A stretch of DNA of 59,068 nt, taken from positions 1-59,068 of the IMG/VR virus record IMGVR_UViG_3300021168_000032, one strand, 5' to 3'. Below the pieces are notes generated by a model, which saw only the letters and a list, made by a program, of their open reading frames with translations, did no database searches and was not told where the DNA came from. The translations under genes were made by a program, and so were the position numbers. Source of the stretch: a virus (taxonomy: Duplodnaviria > Caudoviricetes). Below are positions 19,245 to 28,624 of the stretch, one piece after another (within the stretch, counting starts at the first letter, position 1; every line of letters begins with the position of its first letter).

Positions 19245-19671
19245 CCATCCTCTTGAGTCGAATCTTGCTTTACAAGATTCGACTCAACATCCCGCACCTG
19301 GGGAAGGCTACTGGTACATGGCCGGTCCCTATTCCGACAACATAATGGAGCGCTACAAAGAGCATTTAGCTTTAGCAGCTCTTTTAACAAAACGTAAACT
19401 AACTGTATATGCCCCCATCATTCACTATCATGACATGGCACAAACATATAACATGCCAACAGATGCGGAGTTTTGGAATGAACATAACCGCCACATGATA
19501 TTCCGCTCCAGAGGAGTAATCCTCCTTTGTTTTCCCAATTGGGCTCAATCAAAAGGAGTGCGGAAAGAACTGGATTATAGCAAAATGATTGGTTGTCCAG
19601 TGTGGGCGCTAGATCCGCCTCCCACATACCAAGGAGATGAAGTGACCTTGAACTGGACAAGATTACTTTGA
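19237..19671 (+). CDS. DUF1937 / nucleoside 2-deoxyribosyltransferase-like protein
   Basis: YMAGPYS, VYAPIIHYH, W..SKGVRKE...A/S...G.PV. Confidence 0.7.
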   Translation: MSDHPLESNLALQDSTQHPAPGEGYWYMAGPYSDNIMERYKEHLALAALLTKRKLTVYAPIIHYHDMAQTYNMPTDAEFWNEHNRHMIFRSRGVILLCFPNWAQSKGVRKELDYSKMIGCPVWALDPPPTYQGDEVTLNWTRLL

Positions 19672-19728
19672 GTCTGAATAAGCTAAAGCTTATTCAGACT
19701 CAAAAAACTTTAGTTTTTTGAGGCTGAG

Positions 19729-21261
19729 ATGCCAGTCATCCAGACAGCTACAATAGAACCTGGCAGGCTGAATATTGAAGAGCAGCATCAGACCTATTGT
19801 GCGCTCGACTCCATGCTCACACTAGAGATCCTGGAGAACATCAACAAGGAACATCCGGGCGGTGCGGAGCCAATCTACTCCTTTGAGAGGGCGCTTCAAG
19901 CTCCCCTCCTGGAGATGGCTCTTCACGGCTTCCTCATTGATGGACTGGATCGGTACCGAATGGAGCTTGCAGTGAAGCAGCAAGTTGCTGCTTCGCGACA
20001 GGTGCTGAACATATTAGCTCAGCATGTATGGGGTAAAGAACTTAACCCCCGATCCCACACCCAGTTATCAGACTTCTTCTATAAGACAATGAAGATCCCC
20101 GAGATCTGGCTTTCCTTTAAGGGAGAGCGTAGACTGTCAGTCAATCGGGAGGCCCTAGAGAAGATAGACGAGTATATGTATGCTCGACCAATTGTCTCCC
20201 TCATCCTTTCATGCCGCGATCTCTATAAGCAGTTGGATGTCCTCACTGAGGAGATAGACGAAGATGGACGACATAGAACTTCGTACAATATCGGCGGAAC
20301 TGAAACAGGCCGTCTTTCATCTTCAACTTCAGTCCTCGGCACAGGCGGAAACGCTCAAAATATTGCTCCAGAACTCCGCCGAGTCTTCATATCAGATCCA
20401 GGTTGGAAACTCTGCTCGATTGACCTTGAGCAGGTGGAGGCTCGTGATGTTGGGTTTCTCTGCGGGTGTTTGTTTGGGGACTGGTCTCTGTTGGATTCTT
20501 GCGAGTCGGGAGACTTCCACACCAACAACTGCAGACTTATATGGCCAGATCAGCCTTGGCCAGCCGATCCCGCTGGTTGCCGCCAGCTGGCTGAACGCAT
20601 ACCCGTCTACCGCGATTGGACAATGCGTGACTTGGCCAAGCGAGGAGGCCACCTCACCAACTACAACGGAACAGCATGGACAATGAGCCGTGTCTTAAAG
20701 CTCCCCATGAAAGTCTGTGTGGAGTTTCAGGCGCGCTATTGTAGAGGAGACGCCAAGAACAACATTCGCCCAGCTTATCCAGCTCTTCGCCAATACTGGA
20801 ACTGGATAGCCGACCGGCTTCAGACGGTCGGCTCCATTACGACACCATTCGGAAGGCAGCGTCACTTCTTTGGAGATCATAGGAGTGATGCCACACTAAG
20901 GGAGGCAATTGCATTCGTTCCCCAGAATATGACGGCTGAACGCACAAATCTCTGGCTCTGGTTGGCATGGGCTAGACTCGGAGATCGCATTCAGCTATTA
21001 GCTCAGACACACGACTCCATCACCTTTCAATTCCGTGAAGATGATAAAGATGCGGACGAACTTATCACAGCAGTCTTAGAACTGTTGAATGAAATTAAGC
21101 TCTTTGACTCGAAGAGTCAAAGAGCTTATATCGCGCCTGGAGCCGCCAAGGTCGGGTGGAACTGGGCACCGGAGTCGGGAAACAACCCGGCTGGATTACT
21201 CAAGTGGAGGAGGGGAACGCATGACAGGCGTTCTAGGCCGTCAGGCTTAGAACGACTGTAG
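19729..21261 (+). CDS. polA: family A DNA polymerase (ExoIII + polymerase domain)
   Basis: YCALD, TETGRLSS, N.QNI, motif A DLEQVEAR, motif B RDLAKRGGHLTNY, motif C THDS. Confidence 0.92.
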   Translation: MPVIQTATIEPGRLNIEEQHQTYCALDSMLTLEILENINKEHPGGAEPIYSFERALQAPLLEMALHGFLIDGLDRYRMELAVKQQVAASRQVLNILAQHVWGKELNPRSHTQLSDFFYKTMKIPEIWLSFKGERRLSVNREALEKIDEYMYARPIVSLILSCRDLYKQLDVLTEEIDEDGRHRTSYNIGGTETGRLSSSTSVLGTGGNAQNIAPELRRVFISDPGWKLCSIDLEQVEARDVGFLCGCLFGDWSLLDSCESGDFHTNNCRLIWPDQPWPADPAGCRQLAERIPVYRDWTMRDLAKRGGHLTNYNGTAWTMSRVLKLPMKVCVEFQARYCRGDAKNNIRPAYPALRQYWNWIADRLQTVGSITTPFGRQRHFFGDHRSDATLREAIAFVPQNMTAERTNLWLWLAWARLGDRIQLLAQTHDSITFQFREDDKDADELITAVLELLNEIKLFDSKSQRAYIAPGAAKVGWNWAPESGNNPAGLLKWRRGTHDRRSRPSGLERL

Positions 21262-21276
21262 GGAGGGTGAGTTGTC

Positions 21277-22464
21277 GTGCCATCGGGAGATCTGGTCGAT
21301 CAGTTTACACTGTACACGAAGGGCTTTCGTACCAGTCCTTTATATAGGAAGTGGGCAGGGATCACTTTAGTAGCGGGCGCAATGGAGCGTCGAGTCTTTA
21401 CGAAGAACGACGCTTACGTCAACTATCCGAACCTATACATTATGCTCGCTGGCCCTCCAGGTAGCGGCAAGAGCGTAATTGATAGCGTGCGTCGTCTCTG
21501 GAGAGCCACTTTAAACGAACTACAAATTCCTGACTTCTATGTGGGCGTAGACAACGCAACCAAAGCAGCTCTCGTAGATGCTCTTTCGAAAGCCACCCAG
21601 AACGGCATCCCCTCCTACCAATACAACTGCCTCCTTCTCCCGGTGGAGGAGTTTTCTGACTTCTTCTCGACCTACGATCCCTCCCTCCTCTCATTTCTCA
21701 CCAAAATTTATAACGCTCCGGATGACTATGAAGAGGAGCGCCGAGGACACGGCAAAACGAAAATCAAAGCCCCCCTCATGACAGCTCTTCTCGGCTATCA
21801 GCCAGACGTCATGAACAAAGTGCTCCTAAAGGAGGGTGCTGACCAGGGCTTTCTTCGCCGCACAATCCTAATCTGGAACCGCAACGCGGAGAAACAAACT
21901 CTCTTTAGCGCGCCACCCCTCGACGAACAGCTTAAAAACGCAATATGCAAACGGCTTCATGAGATCAGTACAATCCACGGAGAAATGCAATTTAATGAGG
22001 AGGCCATATCCCTTCTCCAAGAATGGGATAATGAGGACGGAGCATATCCACGTCCGACTCATCACCACCTCCTCTACTATAATGAGACCCGCACCCTTCA
22101 TGCACTCAAACTTTCAATGGTAGCTTCAATGAGTGAAAGCCCCGGTATGACTATTAATGTGTCTCACGTCGAGCGTGCCATCAATTGGCTCCTCGAAGCT
22201 GAGACGGTGATGCCAGAAGTCTTTGAGAATATGAAGGAGCAGAACTCAGACTTCGATCATATGCTGGGGCTCTATGCGTTTGCCCTAAAATCACAGACCG
22301 ACGGCAAACCAATAACAGACAACACTCTAATAACTTGGCTTGTCAGGAAAGTACCTGCCCAAAAGATTAAGTCAATCCTCTTATCTATGGAGGCTATCGG
22401 CACCTTCGTCCGAAGGGAGGACGGCACTTGGCGTGTAACAGGCAAGTCACCTAAACAATCATAA
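21277..22464 (+). CDS. DUF3987-like P-loop NTPase (putative replicative helicase)
   Basis: YPNLYIMLAGPPGSGKS, VEEFSDF, GFLRR; follows polymerase. Confidence 0.7.
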   Translation: MPSGDLVDQFTLYTKGFRTSPLYRKWAGITLVAGAMERRVFTKNDAYVNYPNLYIMLAGPPGSGKSVIDSVRRLWRATLNELQIPDFYVGVDNATKAALVDALSKATQNGIPSYQYNCLLLPVEEFSDFFSTYDPSLLSFLTKIYNAPDDYEEERRGHGKTKIKAPLMTALLGYQPDVMNKVLLKEGADQGFLRRTILIWNRNAEKQTLFSAPPLDEQLKNAICKRLHEISTIHGEMQFNEEAISLLQEWDNEDGAYPRPTHHHLLYYNETRTLHALKLSMVASMSESPGMTINVSHVERAINWLLEAETVMPEVFENMKEQNSDFDHMLGLYAFALKSQTDGKPITDNTLITWLVRKVPAQKIKSILLSMEAIGTFVRREDGTWRVTGKSPKQS

Positions 22465-22705
22465 TATCCCTTCCTGTAGATCTATTCTCCAATTGCAGCT
22501 CATCATACCGGAGAACACCTGTAGCCACTGCAATAGCCACAGCCTGTGGCAAATTAACTGCGTTCAACTTATATCTAGCGGAGTCCAAATAACTTTTGAT
22601 CGAGCCGAATGAGAGCTTTTCGATGGCTGCTATCTCATCATATGTCTTCCCGCGCGCAATCCACAGCAGGCATTCACGCTGCCTCCTTGACAGCGCATGT
22701 CTCAT
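22451..22705 (-). CDS. stand-alone LuxR-type HTH protein
   Basis: LSRRQRECLLWIARGKTYDEIA.I..LS..SIKSYL..ARYKLNA.N..QAVA.A. Confidence 0.88.
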   Translation of the reverse strand: MRHALSRRQRECLLWIARGKTYDEIAAIEKLSFGSIKSYLDSARYKLNAVNLPQAVAIAVATGVLRYDELQLENRSTGRDIMIV

Positions 22706-25011
22706 TGATTTTTTGTCACGCTGAAGCCCAGCTTATTAGGAGCTGGTGGAGATGCAGAGGCAGTCCCGGCTTGAAGCAAATTTCTAACTGCATGAGGATT
22801 TTGGTAAAGTTCTTTAGCCCCCTGTGTCATCCCATAAGCACCAAGACCAGCTGCGCCACTCATTAGCTGAGAGCCCCAGTCGGGCATTTGCATCCCAAAC
22901 TCATTCAACAAATGCTGTCCTCCCAGATAACCGCTTGCCAGTGAAGGCATATTCCTAATCCAGAACGGAAACTCTCTTCCGCCAACTGACGTAGCCCTCC
23001 TCTGAAGTTCCTTAGCCCAAGCAGTCAACTGCTGTGTTTTCGTCTTAGCATTCTCCTCTGCCTGACTTAATGCAATTTTAGTCTTACCTCTCGTCGCAAT
23101 ATCCACATCCCTCAGGGCAGCCCCATGCTCACTAATCTCCTGTTTACCAGTAACAGTATCTTTTAACATCTGTTTTCGCTGATTCTCGGCAGCCGTTTTT
23201 GCATCTGCAGCAGCACTCTCAGCCGCTGTTCTCTTAGCCGTAATAGCATCCAGCGCAGGTGCTTGCTGTCCAAACATCGCAGCCTTTGCTTCTGGCAGCT
23301 CATCATAAGCTGTCTCAGCATCTCTGCCACCCGCCCTCAACTTAGAAGCTGCCACTTCATTGACCCCCTTATCCAGAGTCGGCTCCGAGCGCAGCTGATT
23401 TATTTTTGTGCTGTCATTCCACAATCCCTTATTATCCGCCAACATCTTAGGAGTAATCGTCTCTCTAGCAGCGTTCGTTGTCGTAGCAATGTTCTCGCCT
23501 ACATTCCCCGCCACACCGAAAATACGACTCGCCTCCTTATTAAACTTGTCAAACGCATTCAGCCCTTCCTGCCCAGCACTATTACCAACAGCTGCTCTCA
23601 TATCATCACTTACCCCCTTATACATCTCATTCAATTTCTTCACCCCAATACTAGAAAGTATTGAAGGATCACCTATTGCATCACCAATTGCAGACCTGAT
23701 ATTCCTCAGATCCGCAAATGTAAATTTAGGCGCTTGCCCTGCAGGCAGCCCTTGTTTTTGTGCCAGCATATCCAGCTTAGCATTAACTGCTTCTGGCAGC
23801 CTGCTCCTAAACATTGAGGCGATTGGCTCTCCCTCTACCCCTGCCCCCATAACATAAGAATGCTCAATAGAGTTTTTAAGATTAGTCGCATCCCCCAGTG
23901 CATCCTGCGGGATCAGCGTACCTTGACTGTGATCAGCTGGGTCTTTATAGAACAATCCATCTTCAGCATCTCCCAGCTTCTTCTTATATTCCTTATCTAA
24001 CCACTGTCGGGCCTGATCCTGCATCTTCCCCGTACCCTCTTCCAGCGTCTTCGACGTCCCCAACTGAGATGCAACAGCCTCTCGGTCTATGTCTGCTCCC
24101 GTATGAGCGCCCTGTAATTGCGTGTCAGTCGCTGTAGTCTGAATGTCGTGTGCCTTCGCAATATCCGCCTCCGAACCCTCTTTAAAGGCCCTTGCTACCT
24201 GCTTAGTCCCTCTTGTCTGTGCTTTCTGCAGCTGTGACTCATCAGGTGCTACGGCCTCATGAGCTTGTCTAGCCGCAGTGGCTTCTGCCTGTTCCTTTGC
24301 CGCCTGCTCCGCAGCCTGAGTTGCCGCTTGCCTCGCACTCGACTCCCCCCACAGCCTTGCAAAACCCGTCCCCGTAAGCGCAGCAGGCAAACTTGCCCAC
24401 AGTGGATTCATGCCGGTTTCGTGGTGCCACACATCGCCGATAGCCGCTGGCAGATAAGTGTAACCTAGATTAGCTCCGCGAGCCATCCCCATCGCCTCGC
24501 CCAACGGCAACGAAGCAGTAGCTTGCCCAGCTCCCCTAATCATCTGACTGCTGAGATCTTTTGGCTGAGTCGGATCATATCCAATACTTTCCTGAGCGTT
24601 CCCCAGCATCTCAGCCGACGTCTTCGGGGCGAGAAACCGTGTCAGTGCATTATCCGGAATATTAATTCCAGCCTTCGAAAGTCCGGCACCTATTGCATGT
24701 TCTGCTATGGCGGGCAGCCCTAGCATCCCAGCTCCGCCCTCAATTGCCCCTTGATACAGCTGTTTCGGCGCACCCCTTATAACATCTCCCCAAGTCTTAG
24801 GCGTGTCACCTCCACTTTGCGATGTATCAGCCCCAGGCAGTGGCACTTTAGATTGAGCGCGCAAAGCAGCCGCTCCAGTCACCGGAGTCGGAGCATTATC
24901 TTGTGGCGGTGTCTGCTCTGCAGGCACCGACGGAGCTTGCTCCTGCACCTGTGGCTTAAGCTGGGCACGTAATGCGGCTGCCCCAGTTAGTGGCGGTTGG
25001 TTATCAGCCAT
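22702..25011 (-). CDS. putative DNA ejection / internal virion protein
   Basis: Large Ala/Gly/Gln-rich protein at end of podovirus tail module. Confidence 0.6.
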   Translation of the reverse strand: MADNQPPLTGAAALRAQLKPQVQEQAPSVPAEQTPPQDNAPTPVTGAAALRAQSKVPLPGADTSQSGGDTPKTWGDVIRGAPKQLYQGAIEGGAGMLGLPAIAEHAIGAGLSKAGINIPDNALTRFLAPKTSAEMLGNAQESIGYDPTQPKDLSSQMIRGAGQATASLPLGEAMGMARGANLGYTYLPAAIGDVWHHETGMNPLWASLPAALTGTGFARLWGESSARQAATQAAEQAAKEQAEATAARQAHEAVAPDESQLQKAQTRGTKQVARAFKEGSEADIAKAHDIQTTATDTQLQGAHTGADIDREAVASQLGTSKTLEEGTGKMQDQARQWLDKEYKKKLGDAEDGLFYKDPADHSQGTLIPQDALGDATNLKNSIEHSYVMGAGVEGEPIASMFRSRLPEAVNAKLDMLAQKQGLPAGQAPKFTFADLRNIRSAIGDAIGDPSILSSIGVKKLNEMYKGVSDDMRAAVGNSAGQEGLNAFDKFNKEASRIFGVAGNVGENIATTTNAARETITPKMLADNKGLWNDSTKINQLRSEPTLDKGVNEVAASKLRAGGRDAETAYDELPEAKAAMFGQQAPALDAITAKRTAAESAAADAKTAAENQRKQMLKDTVTGKQEISEHGAALRDVDIATRGKTKIALSQAEENAKTKTQQLTAWAKELQRRATSVGGREFPFWIRNMPSLASGYLGGQHLLNEFGMQMPDWGSQLMSGAAGLGAYGMTQGAKELYQNPHAVRNLLQAGTASASPPAPNKLGFSVTKNQ

Positions 25012-25018
25012 AGCTCAC

Positions 25019-26647
25019 CTATTTTTTTGGTTTCAGATCTGGGTGCATAGCGTCGTACATGTCATCCATTGCTTTTTCTGCAGGGCCATCCGGAGCATCA
25101 GGACTATCTTTTCGCCTTCCGAACAGACCTCTTTCATACGCCTGCGTCAAATGCTGGTCATCAGTAAATTTTATATGACTTCCATCCAGCACAATCCCCT
25201 CTTTCGCCAGCTCTCTTTGAGCCTCAGCAAGCGGAGTTGAAATTTTATTGTAAGCTACGTCCGATCCAAGCAGCGACCCACTGCTGTTTCCCGGATGCGC
25301 TATATACTTCTCCTTAAATTCATATTTCCCAATGTCCCAATTAGCCAGCGCCTTCAATCCAGTAGTTAGCACCTTAAACGCTAACGGCGTGTTCTCCATG
25401 CTTGGCACTGCCGCCGCAGCCTCCATCAATACACCCAGTCCTCGACCGTTAGTCCCATCCAGCGCATTTTTCAAACTGAATGGCAAGGCATGTGCCCACT
25501 TATTAATAGTCTGGACATCCGCATTCTTGCCAGGCAGTGCTGCATCCCCAGTAAGCTTCGTTCCAGTGATATTTTCGAAAGTTTCCAGCGCATTAGAGAT
25601 GGCTCCTCTAGCCGTGCCAAACAGTCCAGGAACTGTGAAACCGCCTTGCGCCGTCAAATCATCAGCAGACGCTTGCATCTGGCCAAGGCTGTTCAGCATT
25701 CCCCTATCACCATTATATGCAATCAGCTCTGGCCCACTATGCTGTTCTTTGAGATTTTTATCCATCTCCCCAAACTTGGCTTGATCGATAACATTTCTCC
25801 CTTGTGTGGTGACGACCGGACTCCCTTGTCTATCCCTGACCAGATACGGAGTGACTCCCGACACATCAACCGGAGCACTATTTCCAGTTGACGAGTTGGT
25901 GAATGTTGTAGCTTCCGGCGGAGTCTGCGTCTGTGGCACCTGCCCAGAAATTGGACTCTCAACCGCACCCCGTATACGTTCCAGTCCAGACGGCACCCGA
26001 ATTGGAATATTGTCAGGACCAACTGTGGTGCTAGGCAGCACTGCTGATAATCTGCTGATGTCGCCATTTGCTCCAACAAATCCACCAGCCACCAGCGTCT
26101 GAATAGCTTTTTGTGCCTGCGCTCTCTGAACAGGATCATTCATATTCAGCCCTTGAATTTTCGCGGCAATCCCCTCTTTCAACGCATCAACTCTCGGTTT
26201 AACAAAATCCATCGCAGCCGGATCAACTCCCTTCATTGCATTATCAAAATACTTATTCCAGTTTTGAGGATCATCTGCACCCTGTAAACCTGCTGTTGTT
26301 ACATTAAGAAATGAGTCCTGTCCCAGCCTAGTTTTGGCAGCAGCAGTTTGTGTTCCAATCATTCTCGTCTGCGCCTGTACCATTGCAGCATTTCTAGCAT
26401 TCAACAGTCCTTCGGTCCCAAATCCGGCAATCAGTGGATTCTGCATCGCCGTGCTAATCCCCTCCTCCATTGACGGAGCATGGGCCATGACCTCTCCCAA
26501 TGCCTGATTGGCCATGAACTCCGCTTGAAACTTTCTATTCTGGTTAGCCTTATTCTGGAAATCCATAAGAGAGTTAACCATCCCAAACGGATTTTCCATT
26601 CCGGTCCCACCCGGTTGTCCAGTGGCGTCAGGAATTAATCCAGGCAT
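25019..26647 (-). CDS. putative DNA ejection protein
   Basis: AGGAG RBS; position and composition. Confidence 0.6.
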   Translation of the reverse strand: MPGLIPDATGQPGGTGMENPFGMVNSLMDFQNKANQNRKFQAEFMANQALGEVMAHAPSMEEGISTAMQNPLIAGFGTEGLLNARNAAMVQAQTRMIGTQTAAAKTRLGQDSFLNVTTAGLQGADDPQNWNKYFDNAMKGVDPAAMDFVKPRVDALKEGIAAKIQGLNMNDPVQRAQAQKAIQTLVAGGFVGANGDISRLSAVLPSTTVGPDNIPIRVPSGLERIRGAVESPISGQVPQTQTPPEATTFTNSSTGNSAPVDVSGVTPYLVRDRQGSPVVTTQGRNVIDQAKFGEMDKNLKEQHSGPELIAYNGDRGMLNSLGQMQASADDLTAQGGFTVPGLFGTARGAISNALETFENITGTKLTGDAALPGKNADVQTINKWAHALPFSLKNALDGTNGRGLGVLMEAAAAVPSMENTPLAFKVLTTGLKALANWDIGKYEFKEKYIAHPGNSSGSLLGSDVAYNKISTPLAEAQRELAKEGIVLDGSHIKFTDDQHLTQAYERGLFGRRKDSPDAPDGPAEKAMDDMYDAMHPDLKPKK

Positions 26648-26648
26648 C

Positions 26649-27293
26649 TCAGTCTCCTGTTTCGGCATTCGCCGAAACAGGAGCCTGATCAGCTTCCTCA
26701 TCCGGCTGTTGTTGTGGACTTAATGCATTGCCTGTTTGTGGCGATCCAGGCCCCATAGCTCCTTGCTCCTTCAAATGCTGCTGCTTGATTGAGTGGACAT
26801 GGAGAGAGGCCATAGCAGTAATACCTCTATGGATAGCAGAAGCCTTATACTTCTGTTGCAGCTGCTGATCCATTTGCTGTGCTCTCTGATCCTGCTGCTC
26901 AACCCACGCTTGCAGCGCTTCTCCCCCAGTGGTCGGCATCTGCGACAACATTTGAGCCAGCGCTGTGGGGCTAAATCCAGCGCCCACCATCGTTCCAGCC
27001 CCAGTAATCACATCCTCCACCTGCACCTGATCTCCCATTTTCTTCAACGAGTCCAGCATAGTCCGTGCAACTTTCATCCTCTTCATAGAAGCTTTCAACT
27101 GTTTATGCTGAGCCTCTGCCTGCTCCCAATTTTGTTCAACATGCTGCTCAGCAGAGAAACCACCTGGACTCTGTCCTTGCTTTGCCAGCGCATTAGGAGG
27201 TCCACCTTGTGATGGACCTCCTCCGCCCATTGGTATTCCGGGAGGCATTCCGCCTGGCATACCTCCAGGGGCCATTACGTTTCCATTCGGCAT
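26649..27293 (-). CDS. hypothetical virion-associated protein (Pro/Gly/Gln-rich)
   Basis: GGAGG RBS; lies between ejection genes. Confidence 0.6.
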   Translation of the reverse strand: MPNGNVMAPGGMPGGMPPGIPMGGGGPSQGGPPNALAKQGQSPGGFSAEQHVEQNWEQAEAQHKQLKASMKRMKVARTMLDSLKKMGDQVQVEDVITGAGTMVGAGFSPTALAQMLSQMPTTGGEALQAWVEQQDQRAQQMDQQLQQKYKASAIHRGITAMASLHVHSIKQQHLKEQGAMGPGSPQTGNALSPQQQPDEEADQAPVSANAETGD

Positions 27294-27304
27294 CTCTGCC
27301 TCCT

Positions 27305-28102
27305 TTATGCGTTAGTCGTCCCGTACACTGCGTCTGCCCCGGAAGCTAATTGCGAGTTACTAAATCCGCCTCCACCGCTACCTCCAAACAGACTCCCACC
27401 GCCCAGTGAGTTAAGCAGTGCAAAATTACTTAGCCCTGATGTCGCTCCCGTGATCCCTTGCCCAAGTGCATTCGCCGCACTTTGCGTCCCAGCTGCCTGG
27501 GCAGCACCACCCGCACTCGTCAGCCCAGAAATAGCATTTGTAGCACTCTGACTTACCCCGCCATACGTCCCAGCCGCCTGCTCGCCAAGTCCGGCTTGAC
27601 CCATCATCATATTAAATATCTGCGAATTCTGCCCCAAATAGTTCTGAAACTGCTGTTGGTAAGTCGTAGAAGCCAAATTCTCCGCATAATTGATCGCGCC
27701 CTTCGCCCCCGGCCCAGAGGGCGTCATAGCAGTCGCACCCCCAGTCACACCCGCCCCAAGTCCTTGTCCCGAGTAGGCATTAGCTACTCCCTGCTCACCT
27801 TGTTGCAGCGTAAACTGGTAACCAGGTGTAGCCGCCAAGTCAGCCATTGTCGGATTGAACGGCTTAGTCAGAGAACCAATGTTCGCCGATAGTTGATTAA
27901 CCCCAGACTGTCCAGTATTTAAATAAGGTGACAGCAGTCCCAATAGCTGACCCTTATTCAACTGCTGATACTGAATACCAAGCTGCGTAGCCGCAAGCTG
28001 TTCGTCAGCCGCAGTCTTGGCACCACCAGCTGAAATAAGCCCGCCAGCAATGGAACCAGCTCCACCGATAGCAGCCGCTGTCCCGATCCCGATTGATGGC
28101 AT
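27305..28102 (-). CDS. DNA transfer/pilot protein (P22 gp7-like)
   Basis: Gly/Ala-rich N-terminus, PY...G, TPGYQF..QQG, G.AQAAG. Confidence 0.75.
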   Translation of the reverse strand: MPSIGIGTAAAIGGAGSIAGGLISAGGAKTAADEQLAATQLGIQYQQLNKGQLLGLLSPYLNTGQSGVNQLSANIGSLTKPFNPTMADLAATPGYQFTLQQGEQGVANAYSGQGLGAGVTGGATAMTPSGPGAKGAINYAENLASTTYQQQFQNYLGQNSQIFNMMMGQAGLGEQAAGTYGGVSQSATNAISGLTSAGGAAQAAGTQSAANALGQGITGATSGLSNFALLNSLGGGSLFGGSGGGGFSNSQLASGADAVYGTTNA

Positions 28103-28624
28103 CTACGCCTCCTCTTGGGTTGGCGAGCTTTGCTCGCCAACCCAAAGCATGTAAGTCTGTTGAATAGGAACAGCTCCCAGACTTTGGAAAAACCGTCCCA
28201 ATCTCATACCCCTGCCTTGGAGCCTGTGATGCGGAAACACACACTGCACACCAATCTTTTTCAACTCATCCAAACTGACCATGAACAGCTTGGCGGCCCC
28301 TCCCCACGGAGCACCTTCCCCTACATACCACGCTCCCTGCGTAGCAATCGGCAACCCCTCACTCTCTAAATCCCAGCTCACATTCCAGGAGCAATATCCA
28401 TAAATCTCCCCATCCACCCTCAACGTAAACCACCTCATATACCCCAGCCTATCCGCCTGAATGATCCGTGCCACATCCAGCTTAAATGGTCTCGGACTCC
28501 CATCAGGCTCAACCTCCTTGGCATGAGCCCTCGTCAAATCTCTAATGGCAGGCCAAATGGCCTCAAACGCCTCTCTCTGAACTCTCACAAATCTATGCGG
28601 CACAGCTTCAGCCAGCATTTGCAA
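28103..28624 (-). CDS. GNAT-fold acetyltransferase-like protein
   Basis: FTLRVDGEIYGY, QGAWYV, AAKLF, RFFQSLG; usual position before ejection genes. Confidence 0.55.
   Translation of the reverse strand: MQMLAEAVPHRFVRVQREAFEAIWPAIRDLTRAHAKEVEPDGSPRPFKLDVARIIQADRLGYMRWFTLRVDGEIYGYCSWNVSWDLESEGLPIATQGAWYVGEGAPWGGAAKLFMVSLDELKKIGVQCVFPHHRLQGRGMRLGRFFQSLGAVPIQQTYMLWVGEQSSPTQEEA

Noticed and set aside
5034-19704. GAGCTAAAGCTC repeats as a CRISPR array or classical integron attC sites
   Set aside because: Spacing is irregular and gene-sized, arms are not conserved, there are no GTTRRRY/RYYYAAC boxes, and no Cas1/Cas2 or integron integrase
19245-19728. Group I/II intron or intein in the polymerase
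   Set aside because: No homing endonuclease, RT or splice-junction motifs seen; the intervening ORF is DUF1937-like and both polymerase parts have their own start and stop signals
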